Source: Takakia lepidozioides
Lineage: Eukaryota; Plantae; Bryophyta
Reading direction: 5' to 3'
Assembly: GCA_030704615.1 (NCBI GenBank)
Contig: CM060732.1
Coordinates: forward strand, 2,976,001-3,040,000
Length of the DNA: 64,000 nucleotides
The translations under genes and the position numbers were made by a program. Below, piece by piece: positions 13,401 through 26,254 of the stretch. Each line of letters starts with the position of its first letter. Position 1 is the first letter of the stretch. The notes beneath the pieces are model-generated. The model saw nothing but the letters and a program-made list of their open reading frames with translations. It was not told the DNA's origin and searched no databases.

Positions 13401-15050
13401 CCACGGCCCACTCCCTTGCTGACAGAAGGTTTATTCGCGCCCTCCCACGGGTTTGGGCGTTTCCGACACTCGTAAGACCTCGCCACCATTCCCACATGGC
13501 AGCGTGACTACTCTCTTGCGGCCATCTATGACCGCTCCGGATTTGCTCAAAAAGGTCATCCCCAAAATGAGATCCACTCCATCGATCTCGCAGATGGTGA
13601 AGTTCTCACGTCCCTCCCAACTCCCCAGTTGAAGAGGAACATCAAACGCCAACCTTGTCGCCAACTGTGGTTCTCATTTGGCAGAATGCACCTCAATAGA
13701 GGCCCCCACGTCACTCGTCGGGAGTCCCAGCTTTTGTGTCGTTGCCGGTGTCATGAAGGAGTGCGACGCTCCTGTGTCCACCAACAACGACACATTAGTT
13801 CTGGATATTATCCCATCCACGAACAATAACTGACTCCCTTTACATAAGGCGCCAGTTTCCTGATACAACTCACAAGAAAATTTGCCTACCTTGCAAGTCC
13901 TGGCAACCACCGCTTCCACCAAGCGACTGATGGTATCTTCCGACAGCTCTGTGGTCGCCCGAGTCATGTTCAATTGTTGGGGCTTCGTGCACTTCTTGGC
14001 CATGTGCCCGGGCTCCCCACAATTGAAACACACTCCATCAAAGGTTGCCTTCTGTCCGCCATAGGCCGCTCCACCCGCTTTTTCTTTCGAAGCACCGGGT
14101 GCCGCCTTGACTTGTGATGGCCCTCCCTTCGATTTCCACGTGCCATTGTCACCGCGTGGCCTATCCCACTTCTTTTCCGGTCGGAAGGAGTCACCTTCCC
14201 GCCGGGTCTTCTTGTGGTTCAGCTCCGTACGGCCTTGTCTTTCACCCCTAGGGACATCCAAGAAACATTCAGCCCTCTCAATTGCCTCGTTCAAAGTCTT
14301 GGGTGGCTTCTCCTCCAACTTCCGCCTGGCCCATGGGGCCAATCCCGCCACAAAGTTGAAGACCATTTCTGGTTCTGCCATGTCCGCGACTTCGAGCAAC
14401 AACACATTGAAAGCCTAGACATACCCCCGAATGTCATCTGTTTGCTTCAAATTCCTCATCTTGTCCCGGGCAAGCCAGGACGCGTTGAGGGGCACAAACT
14501 GTCTCTTCATCAATTCCTTGACCCACTCCAGTTCAAGGTTTCCGGGCTTGGACCTCGGTCGTGAAGGCGTTTCTGCCACCATTGTTGAGCATAGCCCCTC
14601 AAATAGGTGGGAGCCACTTCCACCCGATCCTCGTCACTCAACTTGGCCGCCCGGAAGTATTGGTCTAGCTCCAGGAGCCAGGTGTTGAGTGCCTTCCGAT
14701 TTTGGATGCCCTCGAAGGTGTCGGGTTCCTTAGGCTTCACCTTAAACTTTGCCTTAGTGGAAGTGGCATTAGCCGCCTTCAACACGTCTTTCAACGTCCC
14801 GCCAAACTGCGCCAACAACCCTTCCCAAAAGGCTGCCGGCATGGGAGGCATCTCTTGGTTTGTCGGAGCTCTCAAGGATTCCTCGGGCTCCGACTCCTCG
14901 GATTCCTCCCGCTCTTGGGCGGCCTCGTTTTCGGAAACATGCATCGCTTCCTCAAATGGCCGCCTCGGTGACACGCCGCCCCCATCGGGCTCACCGGGAT
15001 CATCATCTTTTGGGCCATTCCGCTTTCGCTTCGGCTTGCCCGACCCCATG
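10487..15050 (-). pseudogene. gag-pol polyprotein with frameshifts and stops
   Basis: ORFs 14510-15115, 13674-14405, 13431-13664, 12133-13497 and 10487-12136. Confidence 0.92.
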
Positions 15051-15090
15051 ATGAGGCCAATTCCCAAGGACGATCGCGTACTGGACTCTA

Positions 15091-15103
15091 AGCTCTGATA
15101 CCA
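15091..15103 (-). other. Primer binding site complementary to tRNA-iMet (TGGTATCAGAGCT)
   Basis: Reverse complement of AGCTCTGATACCA, 2 nt from the LTR end. Confidence 0.92.
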
Positions 15104-15105
15104 AG

Positions 15106-15832
15106 TGTCGCGCACCTCACTTCGGTAAACTCCCCTTCAAGTCATAGTTACTCGCTTTGATGCGCGCGCCTGACTCCCAACCTGGCCGCCGGGCCAACTT
15201 GGAGCTTCGGCTGCTCACCGGGACATAACGGTCCCCCTTTGCTTCCCTCTAAAACCCTCCACCTAATTGGGACTAGGAGAATTCCCTTTGGTAGATGGCA
15301 GTCCGGAACAGCTCCCCACTCTTTGGTCGCTTTCCGGCTCGCTCGCTTACTCACTAGTTTTTGGTCACCAACGGGCTTGCACCGTTCTTGGGGTTACTAC
15401 TCCCTATATATACTTCTGTAGCTGTCCGCGGGGGTTTCACAACCAGCCATGCCATTTTATGGCGAACCACCACAAAAACCCTCGACTCCCGGTGATGAGT
15501 CGCGGTGAGTCTTGGCCCACTCACCACGGCCCCTATGGACCGTGATGAGTCCCAAGACTCCCCACGACTCCCACCACGAGGTCTCCGCCCCCATGGTGAG
15601 TCCTATGCCACCCCCACTAAGTCCCGCTAAGCTACCACCACCCCTTGTGGAGCCACCCCCACCGCAACCCGGTGTGCGGGGCTCCACCTAGTGAGCGCCT
15701 CCGCTTCCCTGAGTGCCTTGGGCACTCAAGGGTGCTTCAGCCCCCCCATACCTATCGCTGCCACTGCCCCCACCACAGGGGCAGCCCCTCATGTGTCCCA
15801 ACCCCCTGCCCTCAAGGCAAAGGGCCGCGACA
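15106..15832 (-). repeat. 5' LTR of family A copy 2
   Basis: TG..CA termini; matches 3586-4311. Confidence 0.92.
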
Positions 15833-17745
15833 ATCCCGACACCATCTCCTCGTCCGTCTTACCATGCCACCGAGCTCCAGTGTCATCATGCTGGCTCGTG
15901 CATGGATTGCGACTCAATCCATCTGCATCCCAATTGACCAAACCCGGTCGATGCACAACCTGAAAGTCATACTCTTGGAGTGTGAGTGCCCATCGTGCAA
16001 GCTTCCCCATAAGCTTGTGTGACTCCATCAACCACTTGAGTGGCTGGTGATCCGAGACAAGAAGATTGCCGTATAGATAGCACCTGAAGTGTGCCACGGC
16101 CCACACTGCAGCCAAGCACTCTCCCTCGTATGAGCTGTACTTAGCCTCTGCAGCGTTGTTTGAGCGGCTAGCATAAGCCACTATGAACTCTCTTCCCTCA
16201 TCATCCACCTGTGTGAGCACCACTCCAAGCCCCAGCATGCTCCAATCCGTATGCAGCTGAAAGGGACGCCCCCTGAGTAGGTTGTCTCAGGATAGGCGCC
16301 GAGGTCAACCTCGCCTTAAGCTCTTGAAAAACTCGTTCCTGCTCATCTTCCCACTGCCACTCTTGGTCCACCTTGGTCAGCTTGGTTAGAGCCTTTGCAA
16401 TGGCATTAAATCCCTTGACAAACCGTCTATAATAGTTTGCCAACCCCATGAAAGCTCGAACTCGGCTCACATCCGTAGGGCGTGGAATTTGTGCAATGGC
16501 CTCTTCCTTAGTCTGCTGTACCCCCAATCCTCCAGGATATATCATGTGACCCAGATACTCAATCTGGTTGTGGAAAAACTTGCACTTCCCCGGATGCAAC
16601 TTCAATTCGTGCGCTCTCAAGCGCTCCAATACCACCTGAAGGTGTCTCTCATGCTCCTCCACCGTAGCACTAAAGATGATGATGTCATCTATGTAGCACC
16701 GAGCAAAGTCCATCCCTGCTAGAATCCTATCCACGACTCTCTGAAACTCTGCAGGAGCATTCTTAAGCCCAAATGGTAAGAACCGCCACTGATATAGGCA
16801 ATCCTTGCCGTGCTCATTGATCCCCCAGAATGCCGTCTTCTGCTTGTCCACCTCCTTGATCGGCAACTGGTGATATCCGGATCATAAATCCAAAGTGCTA
16901 AAGACCTTGGCATGCCCGATGGCATCAAAGATCTCCTCTGGTGTTGGCATGGCATACTTATCGGACTTGGTCTGACGATTTACAGGCCGGTAATCACCGC
17001 ACATACGTCTCTCCGTCCAATTGCCATAGACATCCTTCTTGGCTGGCATCACTGTGGCTGAAGCATACTCTCCACCAGAGAGCTCTACCAAACCAGCCTC
17101 CCAGAGATCTTGAGTCCTCATCTGAATCAAAGACCTCTCCATGTCACTGTATCTATAGGGTCTCCAAAAGATTGGCGTGTCAGTGGCCAACTCAATACGA
17201 ATCTCTTGACCCTTCAGTGCTCCCAAGTCCTTCAAACTGAAGGCAAAACAATTCCTGTAAGCCCTCAGGAACCGCCGTATACGTCGTCTCTCTCCTCCGG
17301 TGACAATGGGTCCAATGTCAGGCTCCCAATTGTCCTCCGTAACTGCAACCTTAAGTCCAGTGGGCTTAGAGGTAGAGGACGCGTCCAATGGTTGTTATGT
17401 TGCAACCTCTTGAGCAGTACTCCCTACCAGCTCAGTTAGTGACAAGGCCTCATCCTGCCCCATCATCTCATCCTCAAGGACTTCCTCCACCCAAGAAAAA
17501 TCCCCAACCTCATCCATCACCGCCACCTTGGCTGCCAACTCCCTCTGAACCTCAAGCACCTCCCACGTGTGCCATGGATGCCTACACCCCGTGGTCCGCA
17601 CATGCTCGCCCCCACTCACTGCCTGTACCGTCTCGGTAGGCAGAGAGACCATCGAGGGAAGTATACTCCGCACTCTGCGTTGCGCAGCCATAGCCAAGCT
17701 GATAATCCAGGTCAAGAAATTGAGATCCATTGCTTGCCCCAACAC
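15833..17745 (-). mobile_element. Different Ty3/Gypsy family (B): RT-RNase H fragment, interrupted by copy 2
   Basis: RRMCGDYRPVN, FGLKNAPAEFQR, YIDDII, YASRSNN..YEGECLA, ADGLSR; stops and frameshifts. Confidence 0.88.
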
Positions 17746-18611
17746 CTGACAACGTGATGCCTCAGAAGAGACGACACCGCCGTGGTACCAGTGGTAAAAC
17801 CCATCGCCCGCTCACGCTCGTCACCATTAGGCTCCACTAACTGCTACAACTGAGCATCCCACAGGAGGCCAGGTCCACTATCCCGGAAAGCATGCGATCC
17901 TGGGAAGCTGAGCAGTGTAGGTAATGCTGCTCGTGGTTGACCCACCCTGTTGACCACTGCCAAAGGCAAACGGTCAAGCACCTTTCCCATGGACAGAGGG
18001 AATTGACAGAGGTGGCATTCCAGTGGGTCTGATTGCAAGCTTGACTGCTAGACCCTCGCAGCCAAAAGTCAACATTCAACAAAATGCAACATTGCACAAA
18101 AAGTGGAACTTTGGTTCAAAGGAAACATTTTTATTAATAATGAACTATGACAAGTGTGCATGCCCTCACAAGCCGAGGTAAGCCAAAAGTATGCATGCAA
18201 TCCATGCTCAGGTAAGTTGGGAATTTCCTCCCGTGTTGCACTGTTCTCACCAAGAAGCTGGAACCTCGATTGGCCTCTCAACAAGCTCATGACTGACAAG
18301 GTGTCGATAGGTGAAGACAATGGATGCAGCCCGCTCCCCTTTGGTGTAGTGGACAATGGTGTCATGTCCTCCGATATATGCACCATCGTAAATGGAGATC
18401 TTTGTTGTGGAGACTCTATGTCCATAGGACTCATCCTCGTAGCTTATGAGAATGTCCCCATAGACTGTTTGCGATGCAATCCTCGTAGGCCCACTGGCAG
18501 CACCTCCAATGATACAGGAAGGCCGTGCGGCTTTTGGGGATGTTCCATGCAGGCGGATACTGCAGATCAACGATTCGCAGGCACCAAAGCCACGCAAGCC
18601 CTTGATCGTCC

Positions 18612-20433
18612 CTGTGGTGAGCCGCGGTGAGTCTTGGCCCACCCACCACGGCCCCAATGGACCGTGGTGAGTCCCAAGACTCCCCACGACTCCCACCACA
18701 AGGCCTCAGCCTCATGGTGAGTCCTATGCCACCCGCACTATGACTCCCTAGGCTACCACCACCCCTCGTGGAGCCCCCACCACCGTCACCTGATTTGCGG
18801 GGCTCCACCTAGTGAGCGCCTCCGCCTCCTTGAGTGCCTTCGGCACTCAGGGGTGCTTCAGCCCCCTTTCCTATTTGCTGCCACTGCCCCCAGCAGGCAG
18901 CCCCTCTTATGTCCCGACCCCTCGCCCTCAAGGCAAAGGGCTGCGACACACACCCCTACCAACGAGAAGTCGATGTCCTCATCGACTTGTCCCTTTTTGT
19001 GGAAACTAACATCCAACTTGTGGCGTCCCACATCAAGGAGTTTGTTTCCGTACCATGGCGTCCCATGGCAAAGAACCAAACCCCCACTTGACTCTACCTC
19101 AACTAGCTAGTTCGGCCGACTTCCTCCAAGTCCCGGCCAAGGGTGGAGCCTCTCAAGCTCCACCCAGTGCACTCTTCTTGGCCCACTTCAAGGCCAAGGA
19201 ATGATCCTCCCCGAGGAACAAATCGCCTTACTGCAACAACATTGCTTGCGACCGCTCATGATGCCGCTTTTTGGCATCACCTTGAGCAAGGGTTCACCTT
19301 GAACCCTTTTTTACTAGGAAGATAACCTCAACCGTGTGCCCCAATGACTACAATGCTGGCCTGAGGTACGGGAACATGCCGAAGCCACACTACGACTTCG
19401 TCCCGAGGCTACACGATTATAGTACGTGAACGGAAGTACGTAGCTTCCACGTTAGCCTGCACTATAAGGCAACCCCCTCGGTAGCGCAGTTATTGTATGC
19501 GCACGCACCAGGTGCGCACTAGCACGTGAACTCCCAAAGAAGGCGCAAGTTTCCTTGCCCCTTAGATGGGAGTCACCCGATTTTGGCACTGCGCAAACAC
19601 ACGATTAATCCAATTTACCTCTCCCACTTTTGTAAGCTAGCATGCATTCTACACACTAGCCAACCATACCATGCATCACCATTCCAAACAAAATAGGAAG
19701 CACAACATTTGGAAACCATTACATTTATAGACAAAATTTGTACAACACAAGTTTTTGCAATCGGATTCATAAACTAGCTAAGCCGGACTAAGCATGCATT
19801 TCCTCCCCCACGATCCATCGTTGATGTCCCCATCAACGCTTCTTCCGCTTTTGAGGTCGCCCTTCGAAAGCTGCAACCGCCTCGGATGCGTTTCCCATTT
19901 CTGAGGCACGCACCCAAGTTGTCTCCACTTGATGATAGCCCTTCCATTTCACGAGATACTCCATTTCTCGCTTCTTGAACCTCCTCGACTTAAGCACTGC
20001 CTCCACCTCGTACTCAGGCTCATTTTCATGATCCAACAACACAGGTGGCGGACGCAACACTTGATGCCGATTCGGACGTGCTTCATCTTTGAAGTAAGGC
20101 TTCAAAAGGGAAACGTGGAATACTGGATGCACCTTGCTGGAGACTGTTTTCCGGCAGCTCTAATTCATACACATCCTCATTCATAATTTTCCGGATGCGA
20201 AAGGGTCCCGCATACGGAGATACAAACTTCGGACTCACTTCCGGAGGTAGTAAAAAATTCTTGATGTTCAACCGGACCTCCGTGCCTGCCTCAAACTTAA
20301 TTTCCCTCCGCTTCTGATTTGCCTGCCGTTCATACCGTTTCCTAGCTTTGGCAATGTTGTACTTTGCGAGCTCCAACAAATGCTCGCGTTCTTCTAGCAC
20401 CGCTGCTGCTACCGGCTCCTCACCATCTTGGGC
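18612..20433 (-). mobile_element. Family A copy 3: integrase C-terminus/chromodomain, 3' region and partial 3' LTR (LTR start 18948)
   Basis: ORF 19833-20132 chromodomain; colinear with the reverse complement of ~2090-3920. Confidence 0.9.
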
Positions 20434-20455
20434 GCTGAAAACTGGGTCATCTGCG

Positions 20456-20503
<48 letters not shown>

Positions 20504-21359
20504 CATTCGATCCCGTCCTCCCATCCACGTGGCGATCCCCCGGGCTGCTCCTCCCCGCCTCGGTTGATCCCCCGTCCAAACCGGGAATTGATCCCCCTCT
20601 CGTCTTCTACCACCACGTGGCGGTCTCCATAGCCGTCGATCCCCTCATCCCATCCACGGCGCGATCCCCCGTCCAAACTGGGAATTGATCCCCCTCTCGT
20701 CTTCTACCACCACGTGGCGGTCTCCGTAGCCGTCGATCCACGGCGCGATCCCCCGATCCGGCTCCCCCCGCCTCGGTTGATCCCATGCCACGTGGCTCCC
20801 CCCCCCTCGACCACCCCCCCCCCCCCATGGCGGTCCCCTCTCCATTGATCCCCCACACCACCTGCCGTGATCCCCCATCCTTCCGCTCCCCCCCCCCGGT
20901 CCGCGATCCCCCTTCCACGTGTCAAGTGTCAGGGCTGTTTGCATGTGGCTATCATTCTGTTCATCTGTGTCGTCCTCCCCCATCCAACGGCCATGCACGT
21001 CCCCCGCCATTTTGGTCCGCGAGATGAACGGAGTGGATGTATTGAAATTTAGGGTTTCCGGCTTATCGCAGATTTGATCCTCTTTGCGCGCGTGTATGCT
21101 GCACTTGCTGCTGTGTACTGTTCCTTCAGGGGTGCCGGGCATCATGACTGGATCTTCGGAGTTGCGCACGTCATTCCTTCTATCACAGCTGCGTGGCACG
21201 TTGCAAATCCCCCCGGATGGTTCCTTCAACCACAGGTCGCTTATATGGACTCCAACTATTTCAAATGGAGGTGGACATCATGTGAATACGGATGTTGCGG
21301 TCATTCCTTGGACCAGGATCGACGATTTTGTGAGAGGGGAGGAAGAAAGGGCAGAGGCG
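20434..21359 (+). mobile_element. 5' part of a probable second MULE family: C45 tract, GATCCCC-rich repeats and the N-terminus of an At4g13970/At1g60560-like SWIM protein
   Basis: LQIPP..F....LIW....VAVIPWTRIDDFVRGEE resembles the N-terminal motif of that plant family (recalled, not searched); ORF cut at 21360. Confidence 0.6.
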
Positions 21360-24300
21360 TGTTAGAGGGCTGTCTGACACTTAGACAATATTACGGGTTC
21401 TGTGGGGTACACTTAGACAGTTTTACGGGTTCTGTGGGGTACCCTTAATTTTTGCGTAGACTTACGATGGTAGACTTAGACCAACACAGGCTTAGGGGGT
21501 GGTACACAAGGTTGCCCAGTCAGTCACAGCCATACACAGTCTTACACAGCCCGACATAGCCTTACACAGTCTGTCACAGTCAATCACAACCTATCACAGC
21601 TAGTCACAGTCTATCACAGCTCGACACAGCTTCGCACAGCCAGTCACAGCCCGACACAGCCCGACACAGCTTTACACAGCCAGTCACAGCCCGACACAGT
21701 CCGACACAGCCAGTCCTTGGCACAGCCCGTCACAGCGTACATAGGGAACGGTTATCATTGGCAGGGAACGACTGTGTAGGAACGACATCTGCAGAGGGAA
21801 CGTGTTTACGTCTTAGGAGACAGTTAGTTAGTTAGGCAGTTAGAACAGCTTGTAGATAAATTAGGCAGAGCAGCAATATGGGGGATTATCAGGAAGCATT
21901 TTCTTGGTCTTAAGTAGAGGAGATCAGGCGGGAAGGAGGAGCTAGAGTAAGGATGGAGAGCATGATGAAGGAAGGGAGACGATCTGTTAATGCTTGATAC
22001 ATGCAAGCTGTAGAGTTAAACTGTAGATCAGACTAGGGACACCATGGCTTCGGCCTGATACATGATAAATCTTAATCTGATACATATTTGATACATACAC
22101 ACTGTGTAGAGAGACATGAGTGAAGCTGTGGAATGAATGGATGCGTGAATGGAACCTGATAGATACTGAAGCAAACTGATGCTTAAGTATACACAGTAAG
22201 GTAAATTGCTAACATGAAGGCAAGAAGAAATACAAACAGGAAGCACAACCATGATACACTAGCTGTAGGTCACGACTGATTGTTCTGAGCGGGCTGAGTG
22301 CTTAGAGATATCCAACTCTTCTATTTTGGAGTTCCCACCTCGGATAGCGAAGGGATGGGTGAGTAAAAGCCGCTCGACATTTGGCGACCATACTGGGGAA
22401 CTGGGTCAAGAACAACCAGATGTGACAGACATCTGGTGGGATCATGGTGGATGGAGAATTAAAGAATTTGATGTGAATCAAATTCCTTGTGGAACTGAGA
22501 AAGAAAGATTGTCCAAACAATTCTTTCAGAGATTCTTGGAATTGCCAGACGGTTGCAAAAAAAACATTCTTAAGAGAGTGCATGATGCTGATCCTGAGTG
22601 GGGCTTGGAGAAAGGAGTGATAAAGATTTATCAAGTGGCCTGCAGAGGGAGAGCGAGTTGGTTACCAACACTGGTTTATGTGATAGCGTTGCTATCCATT
22701 AAACGAGTGGAGTTTGAAGGCTGGGAGGAACGGAAAGTGAATGTTTACACTCATATGCATGAAGAACTTGTACTGGTAAAGAATTGGATTCCTAAGGATA
22801 TCCTGTGGATCAAACTTACACGAACAACTTTTCAGACGTGCTTGCCATATGGTTATATGGTAACGGAGACTTCTAGTATAGCCAAGGGTGCATTGAAGCT
22901 TGAAAGAAATCCAGGCATATACGAGAGATACTACAGGAGAGAGTTTTGGTTATTGCCTCATTGAAAATATAAAAGACATGGGACATGAGTGATGAAAGAG
23001 AAGCTAGACTTCACAGATATTCAGCAAAAAGAGAGAGTTATTTGAAAGCTAATTATCCATATCTTTGGGAGAGAGGAATAGACATAGGGGAATCATCTGG
23101 ACCTCTCACATCATTAAGATCGGAGAGTACATCACCCATACCGGAGGAACCGGAGTTGGATGCCACTCCTTCTTATTCTTTACAAGAAAGATTAAGGGAT
23201 TTGGTACATGAAGAAGATCAGCCACGAGGGGAGAGATCTGAGGTACATCCCTGGATAAAAGATTTGATAGAAATCTTTGATAAGAGTTGGCATGGAACAC
23301 CAAAAGCAAGAACTCCAGTTTCTGAAACAGAAGACAAAGAAGGAGGGGAGGATGTGGCAGAGCCAACGGAGAGTTCAGATTCTCCAACACCATTGCAATT
23401 GAGTTACATGAGTGAAGAAGAAGAAATCCAAGAGAAGAACTGGGAAGATGAAAACAAAGAGAAGAATTTGGAAGATGAAGAGTGTGAAGAAGTAGACCCA
23501 ACAGTTGAGTTGAGACTACAACCAGGACATCCCAACCTGTTGGACCTGGATCAAGTGGAGCACTTGGATCACAGGCCAACGAAGGTGTCGGCTCAGGGGG
23601 ATCAGGTGGACAGCTTGGATCTGGCTCTGGGGGGACAGGGAATGTGGGAAGTAGTGCAACTGGAGCTAGGGATACTGTGAATATAGTGGGGCCAGTAGCA
23701 GGGAGTGCTCAGGGGCCAGCACCTGGTGGGAGTTCCACCATTACTACAACAGGTCCTCAAGGACCAACACCGACAGGGGGACCAACACCTGTCAGTGGGT
23801 AGGGTGTAGGGCCACAGATGGCGGTACCTCCAACACGGGCAAAACCACCTTTTCTAATATATGCAAGGAAAGGGGATCATGATGTACAATCAGCCAATTT
23901 GAGCACATGTGTATTGTGAACAATGAGAATGGCGATGATGCCAAGATGAGATTGTTTCCTTGTTCACTTATAAAGAAAGCAAGTGAATGGTATGCAAGAT
24001 TCCCTGATAATCATTTCCTAACCTAGAATGGCCTCAGTACGGCATTCCGAAACAGGTTCAGGACAAGCAAAACTGAGGACGAAGTGTATGGAAGTTTGCA
24101 ACAGTTAAAGCAAAAGAAGCATGAAACTGTTGAAGAGTACGTGGAAAAGATGGAATTGATGATGAAAAAGTTGGCTGTTGTGCCAGCACCAGGGTTACAG
24201 AAGACATGGTTTCTGAGTGGACTAAGACCTGAATTACAAAAGAAAGTGGATATGCTACCCTATAATACAGTGGAGGAGGCATTTGAAACAGCCAACAAAA

Positions 24301-24960
24301 TTGGGCAATTGGGAATGCTCAGGAGAGAGAAAATGGATGATGAGGACTCTGAGGAGGAGCAGATGAGGAAGAAGAGCAAGAGCTCAAAAGGAAGAGTAAG
24401 AAAAAGGAAAAGTTGAAGAGGGAAAACTATGAGAAAAGACTGGAGGAGATCTTGAAGAAGTATGCCACAGAGGCTGCAACACATTGGAGGAAGGGTGTTT
24501 GGTGTGCAAAATGCCAGAATGAAGGCCATACCACAGCTGAATGCCACATGAAGGAGAAACACTGTACTATCTGTAAAATGGATAACCATTCTACTGAGAA
24601 TTGTTATTACAACAGAAGGACAGCTGCAAGGGAACCTAGGCAAGTAAGGGTGCATCAAGTGCAGCCCCAACCAAGAAAAAACAATGACCAGGACCACTAT
24701 GGAAGGCCAGGTGGTTATAACAATGGTATGGCATGAAGAGGTAATCCAAGTGGGAATTACCAAGGCAACCTCAGAGGCAACTACCAGGGTAACCCAAGAG
24801 GGAATTACTAGCCAGGGAATCAGGATTATAGAAATAATCCCAGAGCAGACCAAGGGCGAGGACCCAATGGTGAAGAACTGTGTTACTATTGTAATCAGGC
24901 AAGACATCGCAAAGCAGCCTGTCCATTCTGGATCAGACACCAGAATCCTGTGAATGAGGG
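21360..24960 (+). mobile_element. Third LTR-retrotransposon family (C): probable LTR/leader from TG at 21360, extra ORF and degenerate gag
   Basis: CACAG microrepeats 21520-21740; gag-like LFPCSL..KASEWY, LQQLKQKKHETVEEY, FLSGLRPEL; knuckles CAKCQNEGHTTAEC and CTICKMDNHSTENC. Confidence 0.75.
22326..22964 (+). CDS. Uncharacterised ~200-aa ORF upstream of gag in family C
   Basis: Open, ordinary composition, ends 20 bp before the gag-region ATG at 22985; no motif recognised. Confidence 0.4.
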   Translation: MEFPPRIAKGWVSKSRSTFGDHTGELGQEQPDVTDIWWDHGGWRIKEFDVNQIPCGTEKERLSKQFFQRFLELPDGCKKNILKRVHDADPEWGLEKGVIKIYQVACRGRASWLPTLVYVIALLSIKRVEFEGWEERKVNVYTHMHEELVLVKNWIPKDILWIKLTRTTFQTCLPYGYMVTETSSIAKGALKLERNPGIYERYYRREFWLLPH

Positions 24961-25409
24961 CCCCGTGGTGGCAGCTCACATGGTTAGGGAAGACGAATCG
25001 CATGGGCACATGAGGCCCACAATGACCTTGTCAATGTATGATGGTGGTATCATTGATGGGCATGACATTGTCGTCAGCTCCACCAAGGGCACCAGAACGA
25101 CCGCATTGCAGTTTATCTGGAGGTGCCGCGTCAATAATGAGCTTGTTTTGAGGGCTATCGAAGTTCCGTCGACTTGGTGACGCCCATGTAGAAGGCGGAA
25201 GGGCTTAGATTTGTCTGGAGTTGCTAAATGTGAGACACCGTGTTTGATCAATAAAACAACCCATCGTCCCTCACTGTGTGCTGTGTTTCATTATATTCTT
25301 GTGGTCTCATTTCTACAATGTCTCTGTCCACATCAATATATCAGAGTCAGCGATATCAGAGTCCTGAGGTGAAGGAAATCCATGTACGAGTAAAAGAACA
25401 TGGACATGC

Positions 25410-26150
25410 CCAAGCTCGGAAATGCGGCACCGCATTTCATTTTTCTCCATGCAGCGATTTCTGGCAGCTCCCACTCCCCCGTTCTGGTCGTAACGGAAAT
25501 GTGGTACCGCATTTCATTTCTTGACATGGCATTTCCATACTTCGAATTCCAAATGCGGCCGCATTTCCATATTGGACCTTGAGTTGTCCAAGCATGTCCA
25601 ATCGCCAATGCATGTCCATGTCCGTTCTGGAAATGTGGCACCGCATTTTTGTCCAGCATGATGGAATGCGGTGCCGCATTTCTGTCGAAGGGTCTGGAAT
25701 TGGACAAACAACGATGTCCGTTTTGGAAATGCGGCACCGCATCTCCATGTCCGTCATCGAAATTTCTTATTGGACAATGGAATGCGGTGCCGCATTTCCG
25801 TCCAAGGGTCTGGAATTGGACAAACATCCATCTCCAAAATGGAAATGCGGCACTGCATTTCCATGTCTGCCATGGAAATAACGTGTTCGACCTCCGAATG
25901 CGGCGTCGCATTTCCCATTTACCTTCATGGAAGGAGCTGGCAATCGGCAAAACTTTCGTGTCGAAAACGGAAATGCGGCACCGCATTTCCGTTCAGCCGA
26001 ACAGTTTCTGATGTCCAAACCAGGAAACGGAAGAATTGTTCTTGCCCCGGTTTTGGAAAACGGTGCCGCATTTCCAAACGAGGTTTTTGCAGTTGCCACA
26101 TTTCCGTATTTCCGTTCCGACATGGAAATGTGGTGCCGCATTTCCAGTTT
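25410..26150. repeat. Array of GGAAATGCGG(C/T)(G/A)CCGCATTTCC palindromes
   Basis: About 13 copies at ~45-75 bp spacing. Confidence 0.9.
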
Positions 26151-26254
26151 TGGGAAGGACGTGGTTTGGAAGATGGTGTCGTTTAGAAGCACATGGGAGA
26201 GGGGACATCAACAACGGTGAGAATTTCCTTTATATACTCTGGAAGAGAATGTAA

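Larger units (their letters stand above)
9901..15832 (-). mobile_element. Ty3/Gypsy chromovirus family A copy 2 (5' LTR, PBS, gag-pol; 3' end cut at the MULE terminus)
   Basis: gag with CFNCGEPGHMAKKC knuckle, protease VDTGA, RT, RH, INT and chromodomain; LTR 15106-15832. Confidence 0.95.

Noticed and set aside
20083-20925. Gly-rich and Pro-rich ORFs
   Set aside because: Products of the C45 tract and GATCCCC repeats.
25410-26150. CRISPR-like appearance of the palindrome arrays (also 5216-7160, 28091-31102, 41100-42570)
   Set aside because: Eukaryotic context, no cas genes, irregular spacing, degenerate repeats, and spacers that in most arrays resemble each other.
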